Assembly: GCA_023334545.1 (NCBI GenBank)
Contig: JAADVB010000170.1
Location: 1-42,056 of the forward strand
Direction of reading: 5' to 3'
Source: Salisapilia sapeloensis CBS 127946
Taxonomy: Eukaryota; Protista; Oomycota
Length of the DNA: 42,056 bases
In this document: piece by piece, positions 20,157-32,100 of the stretch
Layout of the letters: each line of letters opens with the position of its first letter
How positions within the stretch are numbered: the first letter of the stretch is position 1
Translations under genes and position numbers: made by a program
The notes under the pieces: model-generated
What the model was told of the DNA's origin: nothing
Database searches by the model: none
Seen by the model: only the letters and a program-made list of their open reading frames with translations

Positions 20157-22264
20157 TTAATCCTCTTCATAGTCCACTGGAATATCATCCTCCGTCTCCT
20201 CTTTCAGAGGAGATGACTCCTCCACCCTCGCGTTCGAAGTCTTTTCACGACCGTTGCTCGGACTAGGACTTCGACGACGTGTGGAAACGCCATTCGGAGT
20301 ATTCGGACCATAGCGATTCGCTTGGAAACCACGACCACCAGGTGGACCACGACCGCCAGGTGGACCACGACCGCCAGGTGGACCACGGCCACGTCCACGC
20401 ATGGGACCACGGCCGCCCATACCAGCACGGAAGCCTCCTCTGCCCATCTGAGGCACCCTGGAAGGACTCCGACGTCCTTGGTCGAAGCGACTACGATCGC
20501 GATCGTAGTGTTCATGCGGAGGAGAACGAGATTGCGCCTGCATGTCATTGTAAAGCTTCCCGACTGGCGGCTGCTTGTTCGCACCGGACGGCAAGACATC
20601 GAAGTTGCGCTTCTTATGACGAGGACGAGGCTCCTCTGGGAGCGTCAAGATACCCTCCTCTCGACGGTCACGACTACGAGAGCGACTGTATTGGTCGCGA
20701 TTCGGCGTCGAGTCGTAATGCTCTTCCGAACGAGAGCGATGGCGGCGTTTATGACGGTGCTTATGGCGACTTGAGTGGTGGCGATGGTGGTGACGACTGG
20801 ATCGATGGCGACGAGAAGGTGATCGGCTACGACTACGACTGCGACTACGTTCGTACTCGTCTCGATCGTCATGCGGCTGCAGATCCAAGTATCTACGTCC
20901 ATCGGATCGGTCATTCCGATCCGTATGCTCCGTCCGGTCATCCACTCGATGATACTCCTCCCTCGACGGCTCTCGATAGCCGACGGTTCGTCCACTCTTG
21001 AGCTGGAACTTTCGATTCGGATCCGCACGACTCATCTCGCTCGTATCGCGCTGGATCTGTTCATCCTGATCGAAGACTAGAAACACTTCTCGATGCTGCA
21101 CTTCGACTAAAAGGTTGTTCACGGCAGCTTCAGCGTCACTATTGCGTTCAAAACGGACGGTTCCACGTCCTTCAACCTGATACGGACCAAAGGAATTGAG
21201 CTTCGAGCACAAGGTATCCCAGAAACCACGCGGATACGTTCGAAAGTCCACGCTTCGAATCGGATCCATCAAGCGATTCTCATGATCCGACCGATCACGT
21301 TCCATAAACACCACTTTGTCGATCACTGGAGCTTTCGCAAAGTTTCCCGTGATCTTGCGTTGGAAATGATCCGACTTATCGGCCAATTCGCAAGCGCGTT
21401 GGACGTCTCGGATGGATAACATGGCGGCAAAAGCGTACTTTGTCGGGTTCTTATGCGACCTAGGGACAGGAGGATGGACCAAATGGACGTTCTTGGTCGA
21501 CACGGCCGGGTCGATCGGTTGTAGGAACGACACGACTTCTTCCGCTGATGTGTCTCGAGGTAAATTACCCAGATAAAGGTAAGTCGACGGCGCAATGAGC
21601 TTCTTCCTCGAGTCACTATCAGACGAAAGCGTACGTTCCTTCTTCGTCTCTACTACATACGAGGTTAAGATGTGCACGTATGTGGGTGTGTACCCAGCTT
21701 ACCATGTCGACTGGACGGTAACGAAGTGGACAGTCCTTCGTGCTGGTTCACTTCCGCCACGACAGGCTCCTTGTCGCTTTGCAAGTTCGTCTCGACGGCC
21801 TCCTTTAGACGAGACCATCGACGAAGCACCTTGTCATCCTTCTCGTTCTGCAGACCGGACGACATGCTCGTCTTGATGTGGGACAGCACGACCGGCCGCA
21901 TCTTGACATTGTCCGGTCCAGTCGGCCGCGCGTTCGCGATCCTAATCAACGCCTGGATGCACTGGAGCCGGACTTCATACGGCCATCGCGGCTGGCATAA
22001 AGCTAAGAGGACAGATGCGATATTCGATTGGACGTGAGGAAACTGCTGAAAGTGTTTCGCCATGCACGACACGGCAGTCGGGATGGCGGCAATGACCTTT
22101 TCATTCCCTTCCGTGGGTGAAGCAGTGGACACAAATTGAATAACTTCTTCAAACGCATCTAAAGCTTCATCGTCTGGGTCGGTACTACTACGACTAAAGA
22201 CGTCATCGATCTTGGCGTCCCATTCGTATAATTTGGGTAACATGTCTTCTTTATCCAGAGCCAT
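20157..22264 (-). CDS. API5-like helical N-terminus + RRM(s) + RS/His-rich + RGG protein (about 685 aa, 2 exons)
   Basis: Exons 22264-21703 and 21652-20157; 50-nt GTAAGC..TAG intron with a CTTAAC branch site, phase 1. RNP2 LYLGNL and RNP1-like KYAFAAM; second degenerate RRM GTVRFERNSDAEAAV; RSRSRSRSPSRR; GGRGPP repeats. The API5 resemblance is from recall. Confidence 0.8.
20328..20390. repeat. Coding 18-bp tandem repeat (GGRGPP), about 3.5 copies
   Basis: Unit ggtggaccacgaccgcca at 20341-20358 and 20359-20376, with partial copies on both sides. Confidence 0.9.
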
Positions 22265-22565
22265 GCTCTACGTGGATGGTAGATGGATCTAGTGGAAAAG
22301 TGTATATGAAACGATCTCTCGACGTCCCCCCAACAGCCTCTTCACGACGGCCAAACGACTACTGACGATGGAAAATCTTCTTGCTAGAGATGGGAAGACC
22401 TTCGGACGACATGTGCTACGTGGAAGATCTTGAGAAGCCGGAGATAGGATACGTTTCGGATCGAATGGAGGAACGACGTCTTGTGGTAACCGTTTCAGCG
22501 GATACAAAGTTGGGCTTTTTATGAATTGAAAGGACTGGTCGAGTTGCTACAAGGTGGGAAGAAAG

Positions 22566-24870
22566 ATGGTATGTCTTGCATAAAGATAGTAGAAATAGGA
22601 TGGAAGTGTCTTATGGAGACGGGATGGCTCTAGGCTGGAAAGAAGAAAGGGAAGGCACCAAAGAAGACCAAGGAGCAGTTAGATGAAGGTTCTTACTTCT
22701 GATATTTTTTATTTATGTATTAGTAAATGATGAAGGGTAGAACGTCGTATTCAGGAAGAAGAGGAAGCGAATCGACGAGCTGAAGAGGAGAAACGGATTG
22801 AGGAAGAGCGAAAGCGACGAGAGGTTGAGGAAGCGAAGCGTCAGGAGGAAGCTGCCAAGAACAGAGCTGCAGAGTTAGAGAGGTTAATTCAGGAACACGA
22901 AACCACAAAACTTGATGTCGAGGGTAAAGAGCAGCGTCTACAAGACATCCGTCGAGTACAAAAGGAAGCTCGTGATGTACGTTATCGCCTCATACTACTT
23001 CATCCATTCCTTGATACGAAATACATTCTAGTGGGAAAAATACTTGGCATGTGAGAGTCGACCAGACGCTCGAGTGGAAGGCGATGTCAATTCGTTCATC
23101 AATTCATGGCAAATGGATGAAGGCGTAAATTTCAAGACCATTGCGTCCAGTTGCGAAAATGCTCATGCTGTCATGGACGAACTCCTCTTCGTTGGAGCGC
23201 ATGCTCGTGCCGTAAACGATAATCAACTACATGCTCAGTGTCAGTCGTTCCTGTCTCAAATACAAACACTCGAAGTAGAGCGAGTGGAAGACATGACTGC
23301 CGACGTTCTACAGTATGCAGATGAGTATGCTGATAGCTCGAATCGGAGTGAAATCAAGTTAGAGTCTTGCGGATCCACTCGAGGACTTCAAGTAGGTATT
23401 TGGATCAATCTCATAGCAAAAGGTTCACGCAACAAGCGTATCGAGTTTTCCAACATCCGTGTCTCCGTGGATCTACCAAAGGCAGTGATCTTGCAACCAC
23501 TTGCTTTACGTGCCATTCATGTTCCTTTCCATACTGTCCAAGACGTGATCAGTCTTGATGAACCGATTGGAGGAGTCTTTACGATCGACCTCTTGGATGT
23601 ACCACCTCCACCGAAAAGAGCGCGTGGCTGGGTCATGAGAGACCTCACGCCATTAAGTTTATCAGGAGAGAAAGTGAAAAAGTTACAGTATCCGTTAGAA
23701 GGAATGGTTATGTCAGCGGCATCACCGATTAAAGTAAGTGTTGTTTTGCCAGAGTATGCGTTGTATCCGGAGCAGCCACGAGTAGCATGGTGGGATGGTC
23801 ATCAGTGGCAAGAAGAAGGGATTACCGACGTCACTTTCCAGACCGAAACGAACTTACTGACGATGAGTACTATGAAACTTACACAATTGGCTGTCGTCCA
23901 GCGTCGAGATCGCAACTTCCATAAACAGCATTGGTCCTTGACAGCCAAAGGTGACAGCAACCACATGGAAGAGTCTCCTTACGCCGTCCTGAAGCTACAA
24001 ACACTTCACCTAGAGCTCGTAGTGTTCAAAATATCGGACAAAGGTTGCCGACTTGTGGAACCAATGCTACCACCACTAGTACCTTTGCAAAACACTTGGA
24101 TGTCACCAGGAGAACTGTTAATGCGATTGGAGGCGGCAGGTATTTGTCTTTGCCCAACACTTGCGGATGATGCTTGCTTTGGCGTGAGTGGTAAGCTGAA
24201 AGCTTTGGAAGATCGAGTGATTGACGAAATCGTAAGCATCGCATCTGCATTTGAAGTGAACATCGGAGATCCATCCATCGATACGACGCCAGAGGAAGAC
24301 GCAGCTCGAACGATGAAGTGGAAATCACTTGCGAGTGATTCGAGCAAAATCGTCTTCTCCGTTCAGGAGATTCGATGGCCTTTCATTGATGATGATGAAA
24401 ACAACGACAAAGAAAGTGACATCGTTTCTACCGCCAAGTACAATGTCATCGCTCAAGTTGATGATGAAGTCGCTGGAGGTGGTGTCAAGTTCCGCCTGGA
24501 TCCGAACAACGAGTACGATACGCATGTGCATTTAAAAATGGCACTGGAAGACACTTCTAGTCCAGATGCTCGGGATCGCATTAAACACTCCAACATTCTC
24601 TTTGAGTTCATGCTAAAAAAACTCCTTCGATTACTGCGATTGTTTTCGTACTCTAGTCCGATCACAGGCACCATTCATGCACCCGTTGTGACACCAATGC
24701 AAGTAGACGAACATGCTGTGACGACAGAAGCAGCAGCAGCAGAACCTGCTTCCGAAAGCCAAGAAGTAAACGACGCGACGAACATAGAGCAGGAAGAAGG
24801 CAGTGGGAAAGAAGTGAAGGAACCTGCTGAGCAGATTGAGACTATGCCGACCGAAATGACATTTAACTAA
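22566..24870 (+). CDS. DNAI7: Dynein axonemal intermediate chain 7 / CASC1 homolog (about 710 aa, 4 exons)
   Basis: Exons 22566-22568 (ATG only), 22634-22688, 22741-22976, 23032-24870; introns 65, 52, 55 nt. Gives MAGKKKGKAPKKTKEQLDE, an E/R-rich helix and WEKYLACESRPDARVEGDVNSFINSW, matching the CASC1 N-terminus, plus VAWWDGHQWQEEGITD. Confidence 0.8.
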
Positions 24871-24919
24871 GTATAAAGCACAGAGAGTAGGTAGATGAAT
24901 GCTCAATATATTGACTTCA

Positions 24920-25999
24920 TCATAGCAGAGGATGCACGTATTTTGCGTACGTTTCATTAAAAGAGCAGTTCATAAAGTCTCGCACCCAGCAGACATGGTT
25001 GACATTTCCCGCAACATGTAGATGAAGTGCCTTACGATCGTGCATCTCTTGCAGGCCAAATGTGTCCATGGTGTATTCCGCAGTCGATTCCATCGGCAGC
25101 ACTTGAAGCGTGTCAAATTCCTCCTCGAGAGCATGGACACTAGAAACTCCGGCATACTTGCCAAAGATAGCCGATTGCCATGGCGTCAGCACAGCGTCCG
25201 CAGGTGATGCCAAGAAGTGGGCAACGTCTACTTTCAAAAAGTTACGTCGACGACGCATTGCATCGTATCGGCAGCGAGCATAGTCATTACTGTCGAAGCA
25301 ATCGTTCATGTTGTTTAAACGCGGAAGGTAATCGGAAGTAGCAATCCATTCTTCGTCCACTGGAAAGCGTTCATAATCTGCTGGAGAGTACACATCAACA
25401 TATCTCTTTGCCCATTCGTGGTAGTCTTGCTGAAGTTTGCCATGCACATCTGCCAGCGTATAGTTTTCGAAAGGAAAATCGATGTCAGATCCCTCTAGCC
25501 ATTTTCGATCGACTTGCATCCACGTTTCCAATACCTCCAAATCACTCTGTTGTGGTCCAAAGAACAAACCATTTTGGACACCAGAGAGACTAATCAGCTT
25601 ACGGACTTTGTGGTCATCCATCTCTTCCACAATTGCTCGACTTAGCAGCCCTCCTTGCGAGTGACCCATGAGGATGTAGCCATCTGAGAAGCGAGGATCA
25701 GTCGTCTGGAGCTCTCGTAAGGCATCGATAGCCATTACAATTTGATCTTTCAGTGGCTTAATCGAGCATTTATTATTGCAAAAGTCAAGAGACTTGAACG
25801 GTCTGCCTTCTGCCATGAACTTGGCTTTAAACTGGTCGCCATCCGATGTATCCGCTATAATACCATGTAAGAAGACAACTGGAAAGATAGAAGGTGTCTG
25901 AGTCGAAGGAGACGATGCAAGATGGAAGGGTAGGAATCTAGCCTCCGTATCCAACGGATGCAACAGAAATAGGAGTGATATGAAGACCCACAAGCTCAT
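24920..25999 (-). CDS. PPT2: Palmitoyl-protein thioesterase, PPT2-like (359 aa)
   Basis: Signal peptide; VVFLHGI; nucleophile GHSQGG; DAVLTPWQSAIFG (acid); VNHVCW (His). Confidence 0.85.
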   Translation of the reverse strand: MSLWVFISLLFLLHPLDTEARFLPFHLASSPSTQTPSIFPVVFLHGIIADTSDGDQFKAKFMAEGRPFKSLDFCNNKCSIKPLKDQIVMAIDALRELQTTDPRFSDGYILMGHSQGGLLSRAIVEEMDDHKVRKLISLSGVQNGLFFGPQQSDLEVLETWMQVDRKWLEGSDIDFPFENYTLADVHGKLQQDYHEWAKRYVDVYSPADYERFPVDEEWIATSDYLPRLNNMNDCFDSNDYARCRYDAMRRRRNFLKVDVAHFLASPADAVLTPWQSAIFGKYAGVSSVHALEEEFDTLQVLPMESTAEYTMDTFGLQEMHDRKALHLHVAGNVNHVCWVRDFMNCSFNETYAKYVHPLL

Positions 26000-26170
26000 T
26001 TCGTCCAGCTTTGCACGTCAGAAGGCAGGAAGTGACGAGGTGATCACATTTGTTGTAACCGACATGTCGGACTTGATGCTTACTTCCGTGCCCCTTGATC
26101 GTTTCAAAACGCAAGCTAGTCTCTTGAGGTATATTCTAGAGATTAGCGTGGTTGATGATAGTGTTGGAAC

Positions 26171-29100
26171 ATGTCTGATCAACGAGACTCGATATACGAG
26201 TCCCCGCGTGGTACGAAGAGGTTACCAAAGCCTCCTTCATCTCGACATACTCCTTATGCATCCTCGGTCTCGACAGTGCTACCCTATCTGAAGAAATATC
26301 AGTCAAGAGATGAAGCTCGACAAATCATTTCACCTCGGCATGGTATTGCCAAAACACGTGTAGCACGGGAACCGCCTTCAGTAAAGACTGCATGGAAGAC
26401 ACCTCGCAGCCCAAAGCAGTCGGATATAGACGACATAATCCCGGAAGCTCGAGAGCTCGAGATGGAGCCTGAAAACCAAGAAAAGGAAGTAGAAATTCGA
26501 ACTATGAAGCCGCTGCTTTTGCCATCAGTTGAAGCAGCATACCTATCGAATCAAGAGCTTTATCCTGTTGATCTAGATGCTTTATCTAGAGTAAACGAAA
26601 AGTTTTTGGAGATCACATCGACAGCACTCAATCATGCGGACAGTATCCAAGAGCAATTGCCAAACCTTGAGCAAACCTCGAGTAATACACTCGCAGCTAT
26701 TGAAGATCTTATGTCCCAAGTTACCACTTTACACCAACTGCATGAAGACGCAAAACAAAGCTACATGAAGCATGTCGCTGAGTTAACTCATACACATAAT
26801 GAAGATATAACGCGTCTGCAAACTCTGAACGACCAGGAAAAGGAATTAATGAAGGCAGAGTATACATCTGAAATTGCAGACCTGCGACTTACTTCTCAGG
26901 CTGCTATTCGTGACCTTGAAGACCAGCTTGTACGCCAACGCCAAGAGCTACTCGAGGGAAAGCGAGTGGAGCTTGATGTCCTAACAGCCCGTTTCACGCA
27001 AGAGTACAACTTGCTTCTTGAAAGTAGTGCTGCTGACCAAGTTCAGCTTCAGGAGCAGCTCGAAGACGAAAAAAGGGAGCATGAGAGAATTGTTTGTACG
27101 CTTCAAATGCAGTCCGAGGACAGCCTCACAGCTCTAAACAATCGTCGCATTGCTGAAAATGTACAAGTGCGAAAGAAAATGAAGGAAACGAAGATTGACT
27201 TTATCAATAGGCTAGCTGCACTCCAGGAAGAGCATGAAAGTGCAGAGATGGCTGCGAAGAAATCGGCAGTAGCAGAGCTAGAGCTAGCTCGTACTTCACA
27301 TGCCCACGAACTAAACTCGGTTATTAAGTCTTATGAGCTCCAGCTTTCCAACTTAAATCAACAGCATGTAAATAAGATTGATGCTATGAGCAGTGAGTCG
27401 AGTGCAAGGGAGAAAAGCATGTCTGAAGAATTTGAAACCCGGCATTCCTTCTCCTCAAACGCACACAAGCAAGAAATGCATCAAACAGTACTTCAATATG
27501 AAGCAAAATTAAATGAGCTTCGACAAGCGTGTGAAGAAGACATTGCAGAGCTACGTCATCAACATGCAGAACAAATTGCAGGCTTAAGAGAGACACATGC
27601 TGCCCAAGTTTTATCTCTCGAAACGACAGTCGAAGAGCTGAATACGCAAATGACAAATGATAAAGCCTCATTGACAAACGAGATTACTACTAGTAAGAAG
27701 CAGATTACCGAATTGGAAGATATTGCGATGCATTTACGTGATACCATCAAAGTACTGGCAGGGCGTACGAAAGAAGCAAAAGAGCTTAGCTTGATGACTG
27801 TGGGCGAATATGAAATGCACATTGTTCATCATAAAGAAGTTCAGGAGAAGCTCGCATCCAAGCTTAAATGCACTGAAATGGAGCTTCAACAAGCACATGC
27901 GGAACTTTTGTCTAAAGCAAACGAAATAATCACTTTGAATGATACAGTACAACGTCGTGAAGATGAAATCCAGAAACTTCATGCTCAATTGCTTAATACG
28001 ATCCAAACTGGTGAAAGTACGAATGAAGTACTGAATGAAACGAGTGGGCATTTGCAAAGTAGGACAAAGGAGTTAGAAACAACGAAAGCTGCACTACGAC
28101 TAGAGTCCGGGCGCTTATCGAGAGCGGAAGAAAGCATGCAAGCAAAAGACAGTATGCTTGAAGATTCAACGCAGAAGGTAGAAAGTTTGACGATGGCACT
28201 GGAAACCTTCCGTACAGAGACCAAGAAGCTGCAAATGGAAATGAAGCTTCAAGCGGAGCATGCACAAACCGACATAGAATTAAAGAATGCAGAAATACAA
28301 AGGCTACAAACGATCCAAACGGATCTGCAAACGAAGTGTAGCGAATATCAAGCTGCAATTACTCAATTAGAAAGCGATGTGCGTCGTATTGAAAAGCAAA
28401 GAGAGGAAGGATTGCGTCGTATTGACCTTCTACAAGCAGAAGCTGAACATCGCGAGGAATCGATCAGGAGTGGGGAAAATACGCTAGTAGACAAAGATAA
28501 GATTATATCTCAATTGAAACAGCAGAAGAAGAAAGTGGACGTAGAGAATAGTCGCTTGGAAGCTACACTTTCATCAAGAAAAGAGAAGATAAAAGCTCTG
28601 CAGACAGAAATTGAACGACGCACTATGCAAAACGAAGAAATGCACACTCGGTTTAGAAGTAGCGTTGAGCATATCCATGATGAGCAACTTGCTCGTCGCA
28701 AGTCTGAACGGAATTTGCTACTGCTAGAATTGGACGGATTAAAAGATATGCTAAAGCAGTATCAAGGTGTACACGAGAAGCTGGTTGCAAGTCAAACTGA
28801 CGTAGCGGACCTTACAGAGGAGCGAAATACACTGGCGAAAGAAATCGTTCAGCTACAAACGAATTTGGAGACAGTAGAGAGTGAAAAGGAGCTAGAAGAG
28901 GAAAAGTTAGCTGCTATTACTATCCAATTGCAACAAGCACAGCAATATCTGCATGCTTATCAACAAGAAAAGGAAGTTACAGCAGCTCTGTGCCGAGGAA
29001 CAGAGAACATTCATGCACTTGGGACGGACTCTGTGCAGCAGTACTTAACTCAGGTTCAGCACATTCTAAAGCAAGCCCAAGTTGCTACTTGCAGTGAGGA

Positions 29101-32100
29101 ACCTTTTCAGCTAGCTGAACTCTCCATTCTGGTATCGGAGGCGGCATATCTGAAGCAGTTTTTTGATGCGATCATGACAAAGAGTGACGAGTCGCTTCCT
29201 TCTCCTCCAACATCGAACTTGCTTCATCATGAGGAGATTTCGACGCATATTCAAGCATGCCATGATTTTCAAAGAGATTGTCGAAAGACACTTGATTTAC
29301 CCACTAGGACGAGTGCACCAAAAGAAGTGATCACTCTTATCGGCCAATTAAGAGACATTCTCGCGCAACTTGCTAACTTACATCCAAACAAGCAGGCGGA
29401 AACACGTGACAGTGGTAAACAAGACCCGGATGGGGATACATATTTACTGGGTTCAGAAATTGACATTGCGTTCGATATGCTGAATGAGCTGCGTGCATTA
29501 TCCAACTTTAGCTCATCTCTTGTTTTAAGCAAAGAAGGAACGAGCAGTAGAACTGCAAAGGACTTTGAACTTTTAAAAGTACCGTCAAAAACGCCTAGCG
29601 ATGTTTCGGAAGGCCAGCAGAACCGCTTCTCAAAAGAGTCGAACAAACAGAAAAGATTACAACGGACAAAATCGTTCCCAGACTACAACTCAGCAGAGCC
29701 TCTAGTATCTATCGAAAACATCACCAGCTATTCACCCCTTCTTCCACCTCGTATTGTTACCACTGGCATACAGGACGATGAAAAAGAAATGATGGATTCT
29801 TCGCATTCCATTGACATGCGAATGTGGCTACATAGTCCTAACTGTAGCGATTGGAAAGATAAGGAGAATAATTTAAGGCCAACATCGCCAACGGATATGG
29901 GAACGTTAGTAAAAGAGCATGCCGCCCTCTTAGACTTTGCGCAACGAACCTTTCACCTTATTTTACCTCGTCAAGAGCTTCCATCTCTATTCGAAGCGTT
30001 TTCCATTGTGGCAGATCAAGCTGCACAATTATCAGCCTCAAAAGAAGATTTAGGTAAACAGCTCGAATTGGGAACATCCGATTCAACTACTTCAGTTCAA
30101 GATGCAATTCCAGATAAACCGAATAATATCTTTACAAAGTTAGAAGACGTATCAGCTCACTTAGAAGAGTATGCCGGCCTCATAGAGTTGTTCCAAGAGC
30201 ATCCCGAGTGGTTAAGTATAGGAGAAACTCAACCTGTCGGTCTTGAAAGCATGGCAGAATGCGTTTGTAGTGCATTGAAGAGGCAGTATGACGAGAGTAA
30301 AGAGAGGCATGAGGATGAAGAAAGTAAAGAATTTGAAGCGTTATCAAATCAAGTAATGAGTTTAGTGCATGTAGCACTCGGTTCGAGTGATAATGACAGC
30401 GATTCGTTTAATACTATTGCTGCTGAGAATCGACGACGTCGATATGCTGGATTTGTTTCTGGACTAGAAGCCGTGCAGACAGTCTTGACATCCTTGCAGA
30501 ATGATTTAGCGTCTACCCAGGATTTACTCCAAATGACCGTTAAAAACAAGGAAGAGATAGAGATAGATCTTGGTGTAGAACGTAGTAAAATGATTGACAC
30601 ACAGTCACAGCTACGAGTGGAACAAAGTCAGCTGATGGAAACACAGACGGAGCTACAACTAGAGCAAAATCGATTGATAGAAACACATGCAGAGCTACAA
30701 GAAACCATCTTAAAGCTAAACACACTAGCAAGACAACATGACCTATGTCAAGTGAGCACCAAATCTGCTCAAGAGATACCATCAGATGTGACTAATCCAG
30801 TATCTAAACCTTATGTGGATCCTTTTGGTGATCGTGTCTTAGCGTATGAGTTGGGAGCTGCTCAGTCTCTACTCACTGGACTATTGATCCAAAATAGCAT
30901 TCAAGCGCAATGCGATCAAAACCAGGCACAGGGGCAATATACGGCGCTAGAAGCTGAATATACTGCAACGCTTAAGCGTTTGCTCCATCTTCAGCAAAGC
31001 CACGCTGACACGCTATCTGTGATGGATGCACGCAGGGAAGAGATAGAAGCGAGTAATAAAAAAGTTCAGGAGCTAACTCAATCGCTGGAAACTGCTACTT
31101 TCCACATAAATCAATTTGAGGAAGCAAGTGATAGAAAGATTAAGGAGCTAGAACAATCATTAGAATCTGCTACTTTCCATATGAGGGAAACGGAACAAGC
31201 AGTCGCTACCGAATTAGAGTCTGAAAGCAGCTTTTTGAACCAGCATGGGATTACTTTTGACATTACAGCTCCGCAAGTATCTCGCCGGGAAATATACACC
31301 AAGTACATGGAGCTACGGAAGCAGTATGATGAGCAAATAAATGCGATTGAGCAAGCCGTAAAGGAAGAGCAAGAGTTTTTCAATCGTGACTTGATTGCAG
31401 CTCCCTTCGAACGAGTGCAAACGCCCGATTATTCCCGCATTGATGTCTACAGGACTTTGCTAGAAACGCATCAAAAAGAATCCGAAGATGAAAAAGACAA
31501 ATCATCCGCGATAATCTCCTCTCTTCATGATGACATCGTTGTTCTTGAAAGTGAACGAATGAAGTTACATGTACAGCTTGATGATGCGGTTGAAAAGTTT
31601 GCATCACTGGATAACTCTATCCAAGTGCGAGATACCATGACAGACATGCTTGAACAAGTGGCGTATCATGATCTGGAAGCTAAACGTATCACAAGTCAAG
31701 AGCGCTACGAAAGTAGATGCATGATGTATGAAGAGTTTTACACAAGAGATATTCAGCGAGCACACAAAGGGATTTCTGAAGCTCTTCATAATCAAGCGAA
31801 TCAGTACACTTTTCAAGAGATGCTCAAGGACAAAGTCATTGAATTCCAGACGAATTATCATTATCCACCGCATGATAGCATCTTAAACGAAATGATGAAA
31901 CGGAACACAGCAGCTACTAGTAAAATTTATCGCTGCATTCGTCTCACGACCAACATACTAAACGCTTGCATATCCAATCGACAACATCCACGCGGTGCAT
32001 CCTTACGAAATGATACGACTGGGATGATACCGATATCTGATATTAAACAGGCAGTTGCTACTTGTGTGAAAGAGCTGAAAGCTTTGAAAGATTATCTAAA

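Noticed and set aside
20204-21080. Several long overlapping ORFs (240, 150, 131, 127 aa)
   Set aside because: Alternative-frame and antisense readings of the low-complexity RS/RGG region.
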